Below are positions 61,440 through 64,000 of a stretch of DNA of 64,000 nt, in pieces. A program made the position numbers and the translations under genes. The stretch spans positions 82,621 through 146,620 of the forward strand of contig CAZHST010000001.1 in the NCBI GenBank assembly GCA_964535215.1, in the 5' to 3' direction. Under the pieces are notes generated by a model. It was not told the DNA's origin. It saw only the letters and a list, made by a program, of their open reading frames with translations, and ran no database searches. This DNA comes from an uncultured bacterium. Its GTDB lineage: Bacteria; Methylomirabilota; Methylomirabilia; Methylomirabilales; JACQHM01. Numbering within the stretch: position 1 is the stretch's first letter; the number at the start of each line of letters is the position of its first letter.

Positions 61440-62894
61440 ATGGCAGAAGCACACCACGAGAGCGGTCTGCTACCGGCCTGGCGGGAGGAAGACCTGCCGG
61501 CCCCCCCTGTGTTCAATCTCCGAAACGCCCTGGCCGTCATCGGTCCCGGGACGATTGCCCTCTCGATGTCCATCGGGAGCGGGGAGTGGCTCCTGGGGCC
61601 GGCGACCATCGTCAAGTACGGGTTCCCCCTTCTGTGGATTGCGACCGTCTCCATCCTCCTCCAGGTCATCCTGAACCTGGAGTTCATCCGCTATACCCTC
61701 TACACGGGGGAGCCCATCGTCACCGGGTTCATGCGGACGTGGCCGGGGCCGGGGTTCTGGGCGGTCGTGTACATCATCCTCGCCCTTCTGCATGTCGGAT
61801 GGCCGGGATGGGCGGCCACCTCGGCCTCGACGATCTTTAGCGCTTTCTACGGGCACATCCCCGGGCCGGCCGACCGGGGGACGATGCTCCTCTTCGGCTA
61901 CCTCACTTTCGCCCTGACGATCCTCATCGTCCTCTTCGGCGGCAAGATTGAGCGGATGCTGGAGTGGGTCAACTGGGTGATGGTCGGCTGGATCGTGCTC
62001 TTCCTCCTGATCGTGGATTTCTTTTTCGTCCCGGCCAGGGTCTGGTGGGAGGGCTTCCTCGGCCTCTTCCAGTTTGGCTCCCTCCCCGCCGGGGCCGACT
62101 GGTTCCTCCTGGGGGCCTTCGCCGCCTATGCGGGGGCGGGGGGGATCGGGAACTGCTGGATCACCAACTGGTTCCGGGACAAGGGCTTTGCCATGGGGAA
62201 GGTGGTCGGCTTCATCCCCAGCGCCGTCGGCGGGCGGATGGTGAAGGTCTCCCCCGTCGGGGCCATCTTCCGGCCGACTACGGAGAACCTGGGCAAATGG
62301 CGGGAGTGGTGGAAGTATACGGACCTGGATCAGTGGGGGGTCTGGATGATCGGCTGCTTCCTGGGGATGTACTTAAACGTCATCCTGGCCGCCGCCATCA
62401 TTCCGAAGGGGACGGCCATCACCGGGCTGGCGGCGGGGGCCTATCAGGCCGAGTACCTGGCGAAGACGGTGGGGCGGGCCTTCTGGTTCCTCACCCTCTT
62501 GAACGGCTTCTGGATCCTCTGGGGGACCCAACTGGCCGTCATTGATGGCTTCGTCCGGCTGGCCACCGACATCCTCTGGACCTCCAGCGAAACCCTCCGG
62601 CGGTGGGCGAAGGAGGATATCCGGAAGGTCTATTACGGCGTCCTGATCCTCTTCGCCCTCTGGGGCTGCATCGCCTTGAACTTGGCCCAGCCCTTGATCC
62701 TCATCATGATCGGGGCCAACATGGCCGCCTTCATCTTCGTCGTGGCCGGGATCCACGTCCTGGTCGTCAACCGGAAGTTCCTTCCCAAGGAGGTGAGGTC
62801 AGCCCCCTGGCGGCAGGGGGCCGTTGGCCTTGCCGTCCTCTTCTTCGGCTTCTTCGTGGTCATGAACGCGGGGAGGCAGCTCGGGCTCTGGTAG
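61440..62894 (+). CDS. Nramp-related transporter family protein (paralog 2 of 3)
   Basis: 484 aa. N-terminal GPGTIALSMSIGSGEW and the loop motif NWFRDKGFAMG. Collinear with 26337..27785. Confidence 0.65.
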   Translation: MAEAHHESGLLPAWREEDLPAPPVFNLRNALAVIGPGTIALSMSIGSGEWLLGPATIVKYGFPLLWIATVSILLQVILNLEFIRYTLYTGEPIVTGFMRTWPGPGFWAVVYIILALLHVGWPGWAATSASTIFSAFYGHIPGPADRGTMLLFGYLTFALTILIVLFGGKIERMLEWVNWVMVGWIVLFLLIVDFFFVPARVWWEGFLGLFQFGSLPAGADWFLLGAFAAYAGAGGIGNCWITNWFRDKGFAMGKVVGFIPSAVGGRMVKVSPVGAIFRPTTENLGKWREWWKYTDLDQWGVWMIGCFLGMYLNVILAAAIIPKGTAITGLAAGAYQAEYLAKTVGRAFWFLTLLNGFWILWGTQLAVIDGFVRLATDILWTSSETLRRWAKEDIRKVYYGVLILFALWGCIALNLAQPLILIMIGANMAAFIFVVAGIHVLVVNRKFLPKEVRSAPWRQGAVGLAVLFFGFFVVMNAGRQLGLW

Positions 62895-62896
62895 AT

Positions 62897-64000
62897 TCAG
62901 AGGAGGCCGAGCAGGGCCCAGAGGCGGCGGGGGACATCGCCGATCAGGAGATAGGTGATCCCCAAGGCAATGTAGACGATGGTAACGATGACGAATACGA
63001 CCAGGGTCCCCGTCTTGGGCCTTGTCCATGCCGGCAGCGCCTTCGGCACCTTGTAGTAGTTCAGGTAGATCAGGAAGGGGCAGTAGATGGCCATGACGAT
63101 GAAGTTCAGGACGCCCCCGATCAGCAGAAGGGTGCCCGGCTGGGCGAGAGGAATGGTGACGACGCTTAAAATCGTGAGGATCGTCACAAAGATGTAGTAC
63201 CAGGTTCTGAAAGTCCAGCGTCTGGTCCAGTCGAACATGGCGTAGAAGAAGTCGGAGTGCATCCGGGAGATGGCGTCCACCAGCCCCAGCCAGGAGTCGG
63301 CCAGGAAGGCGGCGGCGACCAGAAGGAAGATCGCCCGCCCGATGGGCCCCCAGGAGACCTCGAAGAACCGGGACTGGACGACGGCGATCTCCCAGCCCTT
63401 GGGGATCAGGCCCTTCGGGTGGAGGAGGGCGAAGGCCAGGAGCATGGTGAGCATCAGGGTGAAGGTGTTCCCTCCCACCGCAACGATGTTATCGTAGTGG
63501 AGGTACCGCATCCACTGCCTGTAGCGTCGTTCGTTCTCGGGTGTATCCTCGAAGGCGAAGCCGGCGGAGGGGATCGTCTCGGGCTTGCCTGTAATGGGGC
63601 TGGTCACCCTCCCGGCGTAGCGGGCGAGCCCCAGGCCCTTGTCCCGAACCCAGTAGCTGTACATCAGGTTATAGTACCCCCCCATCCCGGCGAAGGCGAT
63701 GCCGGTGAGTAAGGCCTCCATGTCTTTAGGATCCATGTTGGCCGGCCAGCGGACGCTGAAGGGGTTGAAATAATAGGAGAAGAAGGTCCCGACCTGAGAC
63801 AGGACTTCTCGTTGAAAGACGGCGAAGAGGAGCCCCCCTATCGTGATCACCACGATGGCCGTCATGAAACCTTCAACCATCTTGTAGACCACCCGGCCAA
63901 ACACAATGGCCGCTAGGAAAACGGCCATCGTCACATAGGCCCAGAACAGGGTTTTCCCCCTCGCGTCCCAGCCGATGGGGAAACCCGTCAGCTCCCCCAG
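62897..64000 (-). CDS. Nramp-related transporter family protein (paralog 3 of 3), 5' end outside the window
   Basis: The frame stays open to nt 64000. Loop motif YWVRDKGLGLA. Convergent with paralog 2, with stops 2 nt apart. Confidence 0.6.
   Translation of the reverse strand: MGELTGFPIGWDARGKTLFWAYVTMAVFLAAIVFGRVVYKMVEGFMTAIVVITIGGLLFAVFQREVLSQVGTFFSYYFNPFSVRWPANMDPKDMEALLTGIAFAGMGGYYNLMYSYWVRDKGLGLARYAGRVTSPITGKPETIPSAGFAFEDTPENERRYRQWMRYLHYDNIVAVGGNTFTLMLTMLLAFALLHPKGLIPKGWEIAVVQSRFFEVSWGPIGRAIFLLVAAAFLADSWLGLVDAISRMHSDFFYAMFDWTRRWTFRTWYYIFVTILTILSVVTIPLAQPGTLLLIGGVLNFIVMAIYCPFLIYLNYYKVPKALPAWTRPKTGTLVVFVIVTIVYIALGITYLLIGDVPRRLWALLGLL

Overview
GC-rich, gene-dense bacterial chromosomal segment with about 70 supportable CDS. 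GGAGG-type ribosome-binding sites, twin-arginine signals, sigma-54/NtrC and NarL/LuxR regulators place it in Bacteria. The content looks like an anaerobe, perhaps a Deltaproteobacteria/Nitrospirota/NC10-like lineage, but lineage cannot be settled from the sequence alone. All family calls come from hand-read motifs in the ORF translations; no homology search was run and GC was not computed.

Layout:
(i) 1-7.0 kb: metal/thiol island with two CcdA-type membrane proteins, two predicted selenoproteins, a CusF-like protein, a CopZ-like protein, a P1B-ATPase with an unusual YPC motif, a half-size MFS protein and a relic of a second ATPase.
(ii) 7.5-12.6 kb: mixed genes, including a PPOX-like protein, an SDR39U1-like epimerase, a ProX-like binding protein, an EF-hand protein and acuA/acuB-like genes behind a sigma-54 promoter.
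(iii) 12.7-25.3 kb: one plus-strand respiratory supercluster (Rieske, cytochrome b-c fusion, 2-, 8-, 3-, 13- and 9-haem cytochromes c, an NrfC/NrfD pair, two FdnI-type cytochromes b), followed by a two-component system whose kinase has a periplasmic CxxCH motif.
(iv) 25.5-27.8 kb: PAS-LuxR regulator and an Nramp-like transporter.
(v) 27.8-43.6 kb: a roughly 16 kb minus-strand unit joining MvhADG/HdrA, EtfAB with a membrane HdrD-fusion, an FeS/NrfD/HdrD trio, two membrane-anchored GcvH-like proteins and small unknown proteins, behind a sigma-54-like promoter next to an NtrC-type activator.
(vi) 43.9-47.4 kb: kinase, archaemetzincin and NtrC regulator operon.
(vii) 48-52.2 kb: ImcH-like 7-haem membrane cytochrome, NapH-like polyferredoxin, CYCxC protein.
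(viii) 52.4-56.5 kb: DtxR, FeoB, cytochrome c and CDF transporter.
(ix) 56.5-64 kb: second PAS-LuxR, cyclase, lactonase and two more Nramp-like paralogs.

Most notable: two adjacent genes carry an in-frame UGA exactly at a CxxC redox or metal-binding cysteine (UxxC thioredoxin-like, CxxU HMA/MerP-like). The Hdr/Mvh/Etf/GcvH-like operon is the other main candidate for something new. No rRNA, tRNA, CRISPR array, transposase or phage gene was recognised.
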